A stretch of 64,000 bases of DNA from Chiloscyllium plagiosum (Eukaryota), in the NCBI RefSeq assembly GCF_004010195.1, contig NC_057719.1:50705008-50769007 (forward strand). Direction: 5' to 3'. Numbering within the stretch: the first letter of the stretch is position 1; every line of letters starts with the position of its first letter. This document shows positions 39,269 to 52,081 of the stretch, in pieces. The translations under genes were made by a program, and so were the position numbers. The notes under the pieces were generated by a model, which did no database searches, had not been told where the DNA came from, and worked only from the letters and a program-made list of their open reading frames with translations.

Positions 39269-39541
39269 GATGAAATTGCAAAGAAAAATTTTCTTCAGAA
39301 AGTTTCAACTAACCAACAGAAATGGGAGCTGAGCTTTACTAGTAAAGGAGGTGATGTCAAAGCTATCAAATTTAATGAAGATGTAAAAGATAAAAGCCAA
39401 AATAAACCAGAGTCAACAACAAAGAGGTCCTTGAGCACAGCAAGACCTCTGCAAAAGCAGCCTAAGGAGCCTTGTGAAAGTAAAAATCTGAGAAGCAAGG
39501 CTGTTGTACAGTCATCGTTGCACAAAGAGCAAAGGTCAAAG
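39269..39541 (+). CDS. KIAA0586: TALPID3 (KIAA0586) internal coding exon
   Basis: Polypyrimidine tract then tttag|GAT, donor AAG|gtgaag. 273 nt, stop-free, phase 0/0: DEIAKKNFLQKVSTNQQK...SSLHKEQRSK. Continues IQ|DE as in TALPID3. Confidence 0.85.
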
Positions 39542-40473
39542 GTGAAGATTGTGTATATGTTATGAGATGTTGCCGTTCAACTTTACACCGTTGTGTTAAG
39601 GAAATAATTTTAAGAGCCAGTCTAATGGTATGTTTTTGTAGAAATGCAATATGAAAATATTGTCGTGTTAAGTTTGAGTGCCTTGTCACGATTTGTTCCA
39701 CAATATTTTAAGACATATACTCAAAAGAAGCCCTGAACATATAAATTACATCACTGTAATAATATAAATTTAACTGAACTATTTTGGAAAACTTCACTTC
39801 TACATTTCCAATTACAGTAACTCTTGCATGGTTCCACAATACCAATACCAACACTTTAATGATTGCGTGCAGAGAGTTGGATAAGACTTTCACCCAAGCT
39901 GGAAGATAGTACAGAGGCAGGCAGAGTACACGCTGTTGCTGGCATTCTAGATTGCCAGCACACTCCCACTCTCCCCAGGCTATTTTCCTCGAGGTGGGAT
40001 TGTGATTGATAGGGCTAAACACCCATAAATGGTAACTATTTAAGCTGGGTAAATGATCTTTTAAACTCTATTGTCAGAGGCTTACTAGAATTTTATCAGG
40101 GACAATGCTAGGTGCCTGGAGGTATCTTCCTGGCAACATATCAGATCACCAACACTACAACCTGGCTGTGAAGGCTCTGCACATTGTTTCAGCCAAAGTT
40201 GTGCCCACAGACTGTCCCGTGCAGGTGTTCTCTCTCCACCTCGGTGGCCCAATTGCTGAAGGCATTTTTTTTTTAAATTTGGAAGTTCAAAATCTTTTTA
40301 GGGAGGGTGTGTCAGGGTGAAGTGTCTTATTTTCATCTGAGCTGAATGACAGGCTGTTGCTCCTCCTAATCAGAAGCATCTCAAGTGGCCCTCCACCCCT
40401 AATTAGATAGACTGCCTGTTCTCTGGCCACCAATTGGTCAATTTTTGCAAAATTACTGCTGGATAACTTTTAA

Positions 40474-40663
40474 TGGCTCAGTGGTTAGCACTGCTGCCTC
40501 ACGACACCAGGGACCCAGGCCTGATTCCACTCTCGGGCAACTGTCTGCGTGGAGTTTGCATATCCTCCCTGTGTCTGCGTGGGTTTCCTGTTCGTGCTCT
40601 GTTTCCTTCCACAGTCCAACTATGTGCAGGTTATGTGGATTGGCCATGGTAAATTACCCATAG
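40474..40663 (+). mobile_element. V-SINE (HE1-like), 3' truncated
   Basis: A-box tggctcagtgg; V-domain gtggagtttgca...tgtctgcgtgggtttcc...cacagtcca. Confidence 0.85.
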
Positions 40664-41101
40664 AATCCAATTTAAATTGGAAAAAAAATAGGCATACATT
40701 CACAACAATTTTTTAAAAATTAAGTAATATGCACAAATCTGTACACAAAAAGCCATTAGTCCAGACATGCTTTCCACAGACTGGTGAGGTCACAGCTAAA
40801 TGGTTTTTGTCTGTAACACATTAGTCATTGCACCTCAAGTAATTCAGTTTGTGAGATGCTTTGTGATGTGATAATACATCAATGCAAATCTTTAGGAAAC
40901 AAAACATTGCAGTATTAAATTATCCAATTGACACAGCATTCAATAGGCTTTACACCCATACAGTAGCACCTAATCCGTGCAGTGTTAAGTTAGAGACTGC
41001 ACATCCATTTTCACAATGCCTCTGTTTTCCTCATTTCCAGTTAGCTGAGTAGTCCTTTATTGAAGATTTAAAACTGTATCTATTTAAAGAGCTTCTTTCC
41101 T

Positions 41102-41290
41102 CATTGCAGACCCTTTCCCCTCATCACCCCATTGCAGACCCTCTGTCTTCACCTCCCTCCATTGCAGACCCTCTCCTTTCACCTCCCTCCATTGCAGACC
41201 CTCTCCCTTCACCTCCCTCCATTGCAGACCCTCCTTTCACCTCTCTCCATTGCAGACTCTCTCCCTTCACTTCCCCATTGTAGACCTCTT
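41102..41290. repeat. About 30-bp pyrimidine-rich minisatellite, about 6 copies
   Basis: Unit ccattgcagaccctctcccttcacctccct, degenerating downstream. Confidence 0.9.
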
Positions 41291-42534
41291 CTCAATTTAA
41301 GCTCCTCTGTCTCTAATTTGCAGGCCTTCTCTCTTTTCATTCCCTCTCTCTTTCATTTCTCTTGTAGTTTTTTTTGTAACTCTCTCCCTCTTTCACAGCC
41401 TAAGCCCTCTTTTGCTGCCCCTCTGGCAAATGTGTTGAGCCTTTGCCCCATTTGTAGCTCCTTTCTCCACTTTGCAGCCTCACACTAACTTGAGACGTTG
41501 CAGATTCATGCCTTGGGCTATGGCTTCACAGCCTTGCTCCAAGGTCACAATCTCACTACCTGAGCCCTGGCTTCAATCCTTGGGGCCTGGCCTCAGAGAC
41601 CTACTTTCTGGCATTGCAGCCTTACTCTCTGGGCATCTGCCTTGCAGTTTGTTCCTGGGCCGCTATCCTAGTTTTGCAGTATCTCCCCTCAGATCCCAGT
41701 CTTATGACCTGGCTCCTCAATCCCCAACATCATATCCTGGGTTTCAGCCTCACTTCCTCTTCCCCGACTTGCAGCTTCACCCCCCCCCAGGATTTGATTT
41801 TGCCTCCTGTCTACCCCCACTTCGCTCCCGAAGCCTGATTGCTTTGATTTCTGTTCTCCGTCAACTTGTTTTTCACTACTCCAACCCTACTTCCTGGAGC
41901 CTTGCTGAATAATACCATTCACCTTCTTGCTGCTGTTCCAATCCCAAGTTGCTTCTCTTCTGTGTTTGCTGCTGATTGGTTTATATTAAAACTAGATACA
42001 TGGACAGATGTCCTACTGTCAGGTGAGATCAGCCAATAATGCACTGATTGTGGACTCAACTTTGGTTCAATTTAATCCTGGGCTTATCTACTAATGACTT
42101 TAATAAAACGTTCCAGAGCCTGCAATTTGTTAGATCTAACATTATTGAATAAGTTTTAAATTGATCGATTTGAGAAAAAGATAATAGATTTTGTTGTGAT
42201 TGAGGTAGGAGGAGTGCACTCACCCTCTGAAGTCCCAAAACTCCACTCGGCACAGCTTAAAATTAAATACTTTACCCAGTTACCAATAAATCCAATTATA
42301 TACTTTGTTATCTATATTAGATTTGGAATGGCAAAAAGGATCATCAGTCAGGTTTCTTTAAACAGGAAAATTATTAATTTATTTGTGAAAAATGACTTGT
42401 TTGGCAAAGATGTAAAGCTGATTAACAGTTTGAAATAGGAAAATATAAGTGTTAACCCTTCTAAATCACCAACGCGACACATTTTTTTCTGCAGGGATTA
42501 ACTTTGGGGAAAATATGAAACACTTTGTCAATAA

Positions 42535-42856
42535 TTAGATTAGATTAGATTAAATTACATTACAGTGTGGAAACAGGCCCTTCGGCCCAACAAGTCCACA
42601 CCGACCCGCCGAAGCGCAACCCACCCATACCCCTACATTTACTCCTTACCTAACACTACGGGCAATTTAGCATGGCCAATTCACCTGACCTGCACATCTT
42701 TGGACTGTGGGAGGAAACCGGAGCACCCGGAGGAAACCCACGCAGACACGGGGAGAAGGTGCAAACTCCACACAGTCAGTCGCCTGAGGCGGGAATTGAA
42801 CCCGGGTCTCTGGCGCTGTGAGGCAGCAGTGCTAACCACTGTCCCACCGTGCCGCC
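42535..42856 (-). mobile_element. Full-length young V-SINE (HE1-like)
   Basis: Reverse: GGCGGCACGGTGG.ACAGTGGTTAGC (A box), GGTTCAATTCC (B box), V-domain, CR1-like tail and (TCTAA)n; CpGs retained. Confidence 0.92.
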
Positions 42857-42919
42857 GTGGTGTTTGAAGAAGGAATAAGGTGTGAAATGTTCAAGATGGT
42901 CATTTTGTATTAGGAGGGA

Positions 42920-43075
42920 TATGGATGAATGAATATGATATGAGAGTTAAATGATGTGAGTGAGAGTAAATGGACTTGGGTGGGTGTGTGAGGGTGAATA
43001 GATGTGGGTGGGTGGGTGAGGTTAGGTAGATGGTTGGGTGAGGGTGGATGGTTGGATGTTGGATGTGGAAGTGAG
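42920..43075. repeat. G/T-rich low-complexity tract (GGGT/GGAT)
   Basis: gggtgggtgtgtgagggtg...gtgggtgggtgggtgagg. Confidence 0.7.
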
Positions 43076-43547
43076 ACTGAATCTGACAGACACCCACCCT
43101 CCCCCACCTCTTAACACTTGTCATTAAAAGCAGTGTGGGGAAGGATGAAAATGCATACTGTAAAACAACCCATTTTTGTGTGCATTTCACTGAGACCAGT
43201 TTGGAGTGTGACCCAGGAGAGATGAATCTAGGTCAGTGTTAGTTAAATCCAACTCTTTAGCTCATCCCTGGTTTGCCCATCACTTTCATAAGTGGTTAGG
43301 ATTTGAGATCTAGCCTTTTTATTTCTTTAGTTTTGTTTCTTAACCGAAAAGGCAATAATAAAAGATTCAATAGTTAGCTCTGCTAATTAGCATTCTTCAA
43401 TGTCCTTTTTTATTAAATGCTCATTTAACTTATTGATTTATTACTTTTGAGTTTTTTTTGTCTGAAATTCATGTGTACCATTGTGGCAAACATTATTTTT
43501 TGGAGGTTTTCTCCCTGGACTCCTGAGTTAGACAGAATTGGAAATCA

Positions 43548-44050
43548 GGTTGTGAGTTTGCTCACTGAGCTGGAAGGTTTGTTTTCAGATGTTTCTTCAC
43601 CATGCTAGGTAACAGCATCGGTGAGCCTCTGGTGAAGCGCTGGTGTTATTGTCCCGCTTTGTATTTATGTGTCTTGGTTTCTTAAGGTCTGTGGTATCGG
43701 TTCCTGTTCTTTTTCTCAGAGGAATGGTAGATGGGGTTCAAACCGATGTGTTTATTGATGGAGTTCTGGTTAGAATGCCAGGCCTCTAGGAAGTTCCATG
43801 CATGTCTTTATTTAGCTTGTCCTACGATGGATATGCTTTCCCAGTCAAAGTGGTATCCTTCCTTGTCTGTATGTAAGGATACTAGTGATAGTGGGCCATA
43901 TCTTTTGGTGGCGAGTTGGTGTTCATGTATCCTGGTGGCTAGTTTTCTGCGTGTTTGTCTGATGTAGTGTTTGTTACTGTCCATGCATGGTATTTTGTAA
44001 ATGACATTCGTTTTGCTGGTTGTTTATATACGGTCCTTTAGGTTCATTAG
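43548..44050 (-). mobile_element. Penelope-like element fragment (GIY-YIG end), continues at about 47094-47152 after a CR1 insertion
   Basis: Minus strand KTNVIYKIPCMD...KLATRIHEHQLATK; homologous to 55549-56607. Confidence 0.8.
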
Positions 44051-44051
44051 A

Positions 44052-47000
44052 ATATAAGAACTAGGAGTAGGCCGTCCAGCCCTTCGAGCCTGCCCCGCCA
44101 TTCAATAAGGTCACGGCTAATCTTTTCGTGGACTCAGCTCCACTTACCCATGCTCTCACCATATCCCTTAATTCCTTTATTTTAAAAAAATCTACGTTAG
44201 CTTGAAAAGCGTTCACTAAAGTAGCAGCAACTACTTTCCTGGGCAAGGAATTCCATAGATTAACAACCCTCTGGATGAAGAAGTTCCTTCTCAGTTCAAT
44301 CCGAAACCTGTTTCGTCTAATCTTGAGGCTATGCCCTTTTGTCCTAGCTTCACCTGCCAGTGAAAACATTCTCTCTTCTTCTATTTTATTGATTCTCTTC
44401 ATACTTTTATATGTTTCTATAAGATTCCCCCACATTCTTCTTAATTACAATAAATTTAATCCCAACCTAATCAGTCTCTCCTCATAAGCCAACTCCCTTA
44501 CCTCTGGAATCAACCTCGTGAACCTCCTCTGCACCCCCTCCAGTGCCGGTACATCTTTTCTCAAGTAAGGAGACCAAAACTGCACACAGTACTCCACCTT
44601 GTACAACTGCATCATTACCTCTCTGCTGTTAAACTCAATTCCTTTAGCAATGAAGGACACAATTCCATTTGCCTTCCTAATTACTTGTTGTACCTGCAGA
44701 CCAACCTTTTGTGTTTCATGTGCAAGGACACCCAGGTTCCTTTGCATAGCAGCATGCTTCAACTTTTTACCATTCAAGTAATAATCTTTTTTATTGTTAC
44801 TCCTACCAAAATGTATGACTTCACATTTATTAACATTGTATTCCATCTGCCAGACTTTGCCCAGTCACTCAACATATCTGTGTTCCTTTGCAAAGTTTCA
44901 CAGTCCTTTGCACACTTTGCTCTGCCACTCATCTTAGTCTCATCTGCAAACTTTGACACCGTACACTTGGTCTCCAACTCCAAATCATCTATATAAATTG
45001 TAAATAATTGCAGTCCCAATGCCAATCCCTGAGACACATCACTAGTCACTGATTGCCAGTCAGAATAGCACTCATTTATTCCAACTCTTTGCTTCCTGTT
45101 AGTCAACCAATCCTCTATCCATGCTAATACTCTACCCCTAACACCATGCATCTTTATCTTATGCAGCAGGCCACTTGTACAGCACCTTGTCGAAGGCCTT
45201 TTGGAAATCTAGGTGCACCACATCCACTGGGTCCCCGTTGTCCACCTTACTCAAAATTTCGAAAGATTTGTCAAGCATGACCTGCCCTTCATGAACCCAT
45301 GCTGCATCTGTCCAACGGACAATTTCTTTCGAGATGCCCTGCTATTTATTCCTTGATAATAGATTCAAGCATTGTTCCCCACTACAGAGGTTAAGCTCAC
45401 TTGTCTATAACTTCTCATCCTTTGTCTACCTCCCTTTTTAAGTAGTGGCATCACATTTGCTGTTTTCCAATCTGCTGGGACTGCCCCAGAGTCCAGCGAA
45501 TTTTGGAAAATTACTGCCAGTGCACCTGCTATTTCTCCCACCATCTCTTTTAGTACCCTGGGATGCATTCCATCAGGGCCAGGAGACTTATCTATCCTTA
45601 GCTCCATTAGCTTACCCAACACTAGTTCTTTCCTAATAATGATTGTTTTCAGGTCCTTCCCTACCTTTGTCTCTTTGTCAATTACTGGAATGTTATTAGT
45701 GTCCACCACTGTGAAGACCGATACAAAATATCTGTTCAATGCCTCGGCCATTTCACCATATCCCATATCTAAATGCCCCTTCTCATCTTCTAAAGGACCA
45801 ACATTTACTTTAGCCACTCATTCATTTTATATGTTTATAGAAATGTTTGCTGTCTGTCTTTATATTCTGTGCTATGTTGTTTCATGTTCTACCTTACTTT
45901 TCTTTATAGCTCTTTTTGTGGCTTTCTGTTGACCTATAAAGTTTTTCCAATCTTCTAGTTTCATGCTGTTTTTGGCTACTTTGTATGTCTTCTCTTTCAA
46001 TTTGGTAGCCTCCCTTATTTTATTCGACACCCATGACAGATTACCCCTTTTCTTACACTCCTTCCTTTTCACTGGAATATACCCTTGCTGAGCTCTTTGA
46101 AAAATTTCTTTGAAAGTCCTCCACTGCTCATCATTTGTGCCACCATAAAATCTTTGTTTCCAGTCTACTTTAGCCAGGTCTTCCCTCATTCTATTGTTGT
46201 CTGTCCTGTTCAAGCACAGGACCCTGGCATTGGATTTTATCTTCATACTCTACAGTTGTATTCTAAATTTAACCATACTGTGATCATTCCTTTCAAGAGA
46301 CCCCTAACTATGATGTTATTAATTATTCCTGTCTCATTACACAGGACCAGATCTAGGATATCTTGCTCTGTTGTCAGTTTCATTACATACTGTTCAAGAA
46401 AACTATTACAGATACACAACGAACTCCTCCTCAAGGCTACCCTGACTGACTTGGCTCGACCAATCTACATGTAAATTAAAATCCACGATGATAATAAGCA
46501 TACCATTTTTACAGGCATTAATTATTTCTTTGTTTATTGCCCACCCCAATGTGATGATGTTATTTGGTGGCCTTTAGACAATGCCTATCAGTGACTTTTT
46601 CTTCTTAGAATTTCTAATTTCCACCCAAATAGATTCAACCTCATTCTCCATATCATCATTCAGCACTGCTCCGTTGTCGTCCTTGAATATCAAAGCTACA
46701 CCACCTCCCTTACATTCCTGTCTGTCCTTCTGAAAATTCTGGTACTCCTGGATATTTAACTTCCAGTCGTGACCATTCTGTAACCATTTCTATGTAATGA
46801 CTACCAAGTCATACTCATTTGCGATGATTTGTGCCGTTAACTCATCAACCTTGTTTCGAAAGCTACAAGCATTCAGGTAAAGTGCCTTATGTTAGCTTTC
46901 TTCCCATCATTATTCACAACATCTCTAATATCTCCTGAGTTATCCTTCCTTTCTGCTTCTTTCATAGTCTGGCTTGAACTTAAACCCTCCTGCATACGTG

Positions 47001-47092
47001 CTAATCTGCTGCTCACCTTTTTATTTATCATCATACTTCCTGTCGCTTTCTCTTTCCCTCCCCACCCCACCCCGACTCAAAAGTTTAAAGTC
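44052..47092 (-). mobile_element. Near-complete CR1 ORF2 (EN plus RT) with 3' tail, frameshifted
   Basis: ILDLVLCNE, KSPGPDGMHPRVLKE, DWKTANV, SKFADETK, YCVQFWSPYLRKD, LWNSLP. Confidence 0.92.
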
Positions 47093-47559
47093 GCTGTTTA
47101 AGTGTTGATAGGTTTGTTGGCTACCATGATGCCATAGAGTCTGAGTAGTCTCAAAAATTGCAAAATTGGAAATGTCCCCACCCAATCTCCCCATGCTGAA
47201 AGCTTAGAAAGATCTGATCTAGGGTGGCATTCTCCAGTTCAATCTTCACTCTAATTACTTCTAATATATTTCTCCAAGCTACCTTTTTTTAATCCTTTTG
47301 GTATTTATACTCAATCCATATCCTAAACATCTAGCTTTTATTTAATCTACAGTACTTTGTTGGGCATCTTCTGATTCTGCAAATAGCGCTGTATGGTCAG
47401 TGTGCCACAAATTCATGGTCTTGCATTCAAATTTTCCTCCTGAAAGTACATTGTATTCTCAGAATATTTGTTTTGTATTTAGACTGCATACTTTTGTTGG
47501 TGGTACACAACCTTGTTTATTCTTCTCTTGAAATATGTGTCTAACTGCCAGACTTGAAA

Positions 47560-47905
47560 AAAAGCAGACAGTCCCACTGGGGTGGTGGGAGGGGAGAGAG
47601 GACATGGTGACAGAGAATGTTCCAACTCTGGCAGTTAGACACACCATTGTTCTGCCATTCTCACATTCCAGATACTTAATCTCAACTATCAACATCTTTT
47701 CTCCACCAGAACTCTACACACAACACCGCCACCCCTCATTACAGCAAAAATGCTGCCCCCTCTACACTTCAGTTAGCTCTGATGAAAAGTTATCTAGACT
47801 CAACACATTAGCTTCCTGTCTCTCCATGGATGCTGTCTAACCCACTCTGATGTCCAGCATTTGTTATTTTCAGTACAGATTCCACCATCTGCAGTAATTT
47901 GCTCC
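47560..47905 (+). mobile_element. Old Penelope-type end fragment with degenerate hammerhead
   Basis: gctctgatgaaaagttatctagactcaacacattagc followed by tail ccatctgcagtaatttgc. Confidence 0.55.
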
Positions 47906-48343
47906 TATCACATGATGAATCACTGCTTTAAAAAACATATCTACACGACAATGCAACATGTAATAGTGACATGTGAAGCTTTCAAAACATTTATCTTTTA
48001 AAATGTTCCTTTCTCCTGAGCAGGCTTTCCCAGTGGTCACAAACTCTCCAAGGAGTGTTTTTTAAGGTTCTAGAGCACAGAACACCATGTGGGAAGCAAA
48101 TACCGTTTTCTTGTGGTTGTCACAATGGACACCTCGAACAGGAAAGGGTTGTGTGTATGTTTTGCAGCCAAAGCCTTCCTGAACTGCAAAAATGAAACTG
48201 ACGCAGGATAAGGAAGGCAGAGGAAAAATGCAACGCAATTCACACCTCCACTGGGAGACAAAATTCCAACCTGTCATGTCTGAATAATTAAACCTTGAAG
48301 TTGACACATGTGCCTGGAGTTAATTTTGAATATTCTGTTCCAG

Positions 48344-48536
48344 ATATCCGCTAATCTGGATGGGATTACTTTGAGTGACCCAGTTTTGCAAAGTGAAGAC
48401 TACCTCAGAAGAGTGTATGGAAAGGCAGTTTATCAAGGGCATCGTAGAACTTACAAAAAAGGTCCATATCTGAAGGTGAACTCTCCGATACCTAAATCCA
48501 AGCCACAGAGGCCGAAAATGATTGAGAATATTAAGG
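48344..48536 (+). CDS. KIAA0586: TALPID3 (KIAA0586) internal coding exon
   Basis: Acceptor ttccag|ATA, donor AAGG|gttagt. Encodes [64 protein letters not shown], matching the TALPID3 motif VYGKxVYQGHRxTxKKGPYL. Phase 0 in, phase 1 out. Confidence 0.95.
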
Positions 48537-49569
48537 GTTAGTGCTTTGTTTCATTGTAAATTCTGTTTCATGTTTTACCAGTTATGCTGTTCCTCAGACT
48601 TGTTCTGATGTTGTAGCTTTAGGAAATGTCTCATAAGTCTGGTTCTGTTTAATCAGTCAGGCAAGACTTGCACATTTTAATCTGATTCTCCTTCCAATTT
48701 GAATCTGCATTTAATTAAATGAAGAGACCATAATGATGCTGATTTACCATTAAGTAGGTCATTACCAGATGTGTTTAATTACAGCAACAATGAATGGCTT
48801 GGTAATACATGAAGATGTCTGTAATAATTTATTCATTTTATTCATGTATATATTTGTGTTTTCAGGGGAAGAAACTTAAACCAAGCTCACTTCAAAGCAA
48901 GCTTAATCAAATGCAAGCTACCCATGTGTTGCTGAGCTTCATAAGATCTGGTTGACTTTTCTTTGCATTTTTAATTTAAATAATGCTGTCTTAGGTTGCA
49001 CTTTTTTGACCTAGATGATAGATATTTTCTTTGAATTTTTATAAAGTGAAACTCTTTCTTTCTTCACAAACTGAAGCAAAGCAAGATTATATAAAGCCGA
49101 CAAAGGTGTTGTTGGACTCATTTCTTGCCTTAATGTGGAATTAAACAAATGGCAGGCAACCTCTTCCCAGACGTCGATCCATAACAGTCACAATTGCATT
49201 TATCCAGCATATTTAACATTGCAAGACAATCCAATTAGAAACTCAACACTAGATAGATTTAGAAATTAGTTATGCTTTTATTACTTTATTGTGTCTGTGC
49301 AATTCATGAGCAAATACTCAGAAACAATTGAGTTCACAGTTTCACATTTATTGGAAAAATTCTATGGATTAATTTGATTTTAGAATTATCTTATAGCATG
49401 TTAATATGTGTTTTTTGAGTGAGGTATGATTCTGTTGGAATAGAGGAAGAACAGTGTAAATGTTCTGAAATCTGCAGTGAGAGTTCAGTCTTCCAGACAT
49501 AAAGATGATTAGCAGAGTAAATAGGGGGACCATTAAATGTGATGTCAAACCATGTAATTTTATGTACTA

Positions 49570-49785
49570 TGGGTCATTGTGTTATAACGCGTGTTTCATC
49601 AATGCGAATTTGCTGTAATGCGATTGACGAGTTGAGAACGCTGTTTGTGCGGCACAAACTTTTAATACTTTTTTGGCTATAACACAATTACATCGCCAAC
49701 ACTATAACACTGTTTGTAAAGTGTGATTTTCTGTAATGCGGGGTTGCACAGGAACGTAACCATTGCGTTATAGAAGAACTGACTG
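49570..49785. mobile_element. Tc1/mariner (Tigger/pogo-like) MITE
   Basis: Right end gcgttatagaagaactgactg|TA; left end TA|...ttataacgcg as a degenerate TIR; internal repeats of the tataacgc motif. Confidence 0.6.
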
Positions 49786-50591
49786 TACTATGATTGGACT
49801 GCTTTGATAATGAATTTGACTTTTTATAGCACCCTTTATTAATGATATTAGTGTCCTTAGAGCTTGAAAACTTATTCATGGCACATGAACACACCTTGTG
49901 GGATGAATTGTGCTAGACAGCATGTTGGTGAGTTGTTAGTCTGTATGCAGTGAATATTTGAAACAAGCACAGAGAAAGCTGGGGAAACTCAGAAGGTCTG
50001 GCAACATCTGTGGAGAGAAACCGAATGAATGTTTCAAGTCTGATAGGAGTTTCTTTCGCATTTTGTTTTCAGATTTTTAGCATTTGCAATATTTTGCTTT
50101 TATTTACAATGAATATCTGCTGTAATATATACAGAGCAGACAGATCATGAAGCCAGTCATTATGATTGTGATGCCTTTTTGGAGACATCTCTTAACCCAT
50201 AGCTTCACATTTAGCCGCGGAAAGGAACCCTAACCTGTGTTATTTAAATACGTTATTAACTGTTTAAAGTTTAGTTGCTATCTGATTTATTTTGATTGTT
50301 TCTACAGTTCTACAGGTGTTTGAGACTTTTTGTGATTGATTCAAGTTTGAAATGTCTACACAAGTTTGCTAAAGTGATTTTTGGCCTGAACTAATTCCCT
50401 TGGACTAGAGCATGACTACAATTTCAGCAGCAAAATGATCATATTGATAGTGGCTTTGAAGATGACTATGACAATGAAATTTTGTGTGTTTGGATCTTTC
50501 CAAGCTGAAACTGGAAATATTTGTGGAAATCTCAAAATTTTCCATGCACGGTTTCATGTCATAAAGCTTTCTTTTGAAAGATAGCCATAGA

Positions 50592-50945
50592 GGGAGGTGA
50601 TGGCCTCATGATATTATTGCTGGACTGTTAATCCAGAGACCCAGGTAATATTCTGTGCACCAAGTTCAAATGATGCCTCAGCAGATGGTAGAATTTGAAT
50701 TCACTTGAAAAGAAACACTAGAATGAAGACTCTAATGATGACCATGAATCCATTGTCAATTGTTGTAAAAACCCATCTGGTTGACTAATGTCCTTTAGGG
50801 AAGGGAATCTGCCATCCTTACCTGGTCTGGCCTACATGTCACTCCAGACCCACAGCATTGTGGTTGACTCTTAACTGACTCTTAACTCTTAATTAGAGAT
50901 GAGCAATAACTACTGCCTAGCTAGCAACACCCACATCTAATGACT
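50592..50945 (+). mobile_element. Full-length tRNA-derived SINE sharing its 3' tail with CR1-like family B
   Basis: Head gggaggtgatggcc...agttcaaat; body aaaacccatctggttgactaatgtcctttagggaagg; tail gcaataactactgcctagctagcaacacccacatc. Confidence 0.8.
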
Positions 50946-51338
50946 GAACTGTAAGCTCTGTGCAGTGCCTTGTGCCAAATTACTGATTGGCTTCTGCAGG
51001 TTTCTGAATGCATCAACCATACCAGCAGTGTTCTTTTAAAGGTTGCCAGTAAAGTCCTCAACTGAAACCTGATAACATTATTGAAGTATGGCAAGTGAGC
51101 CTCCCAGTAGCAGCTTGAATAATTTCAAATTCTGCTCCCCACTCAAATTTTTGGGAACTATCCAATACTTAGCCCACATTTAAACTTGCACATTTGATCT
51201 TTTGAGATACAACTCTTCAAATGTGTTGTTTCTTTTTTGAAATTACTTGAGCAGATATATTCTTCAGAGAAGAGGTCTTCATGATGGTTGCCATAAATTT
51301 ATTGCTGATGTCCTATATCTTTTTTGTCATTTTAATAG

Positions 51339-51542
51339 GTGTCAAGCTGAAATCCACAAGAACTCAAACCACATCATCAGCAGTCAAGAAAGCTGTAACC
51401 ACCCAAAGGACAGAGCAGCACATCTCTGTTCCAGATTTTCAGAGCAACCAATACTTGTTTAGTCCATCACATCAGATACCATCAACATCACGTATTTCAG
51501 GCCCAATTGAAGGACAGCTTGTCCCAATGGCTATTGCTCTAG
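51339..51542 (+). CDS. KIAA0586: TALPID3 (KIAA0586) internal coding exon
   Basis: Acceptor aatag|GT, donor CTAG|gtatgt. 204 nt, phase 1/1. Encodes GVKLKSTRTQT...QYLFSPSHQIP...SGPIEGQLVPMAIAL, matching TALPID3 KSxRTQT...QYLFSPS...EGxLxPMAI. Confidence 0.95.
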
Positions 51543-52081
51543 GTATGTTGAAAATTAAATTTGATTATCAGAAGTGGTTATTTCTGTTCCAAAATGAAGA
51601 AGTTCAGTTTTGATCATTGTTCTATCTCATGTGTTCTTCCTGTAATAGATTGGTTCTTCATTTTTCCAGATAATTTGGTCCATTGATGAAAATGTATATA
51701 TTTATCTGTAAGATGATGATAGAGTTGGAAACTCTTTCCTGCTGAGTTAGTGCCTTTACATCTTGACAAAAAGCATAAATAGATTGAATCTTTATCTTTA
51801 TGGTGTTAGTATTTTGTGAAATGTTGGAATAAAAATGGACTAAAAATCATGACAACAGGTACCTGTGAAAAAGTGTGCCCATGCAATTTTTTTTATAATA
51901 TTAGAAGCTATTTCGAGACATTACCAGCCCTTGATCCCTAACCAAGTGCGCTTAATCCTCTGTTCTATGTTGGCCTTATTTAATTTTCTGCTATAGGTTG
52001 CTCGGTGTGTCTGAGCAGTCAGTGAAATCAGAGTACTAGAGCCTTAGCATGGCCAGGGTTTGTTGTCTATCCCTCATTATT

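Noticed and set aside
39880..40440. Possible old DNA-transposon-derived repeat
   Set aside because: No TIRs or TSD could be defined by eye; left unannotated.
41102..41290. Regular about 30-bp repeats, superficially CRISPR-like
   Set aside because: No unique spacers, eukaryotic context and no cas genes; it is a minisatellite.
42780..42856. tRNA-like sequence with A and B boxes
   Set aside because: It is the head of a V-SINE, not a tRNA gene.
48866..48950. Good-looking acceptor (tgttttcag) followed by GKKLKPSSLQ..., resembling the start of the next exon (GVKLK)
   Set aside because: The upstream exon ends in phase 1, which gives G-E-E-T-stop here. No strong donor.
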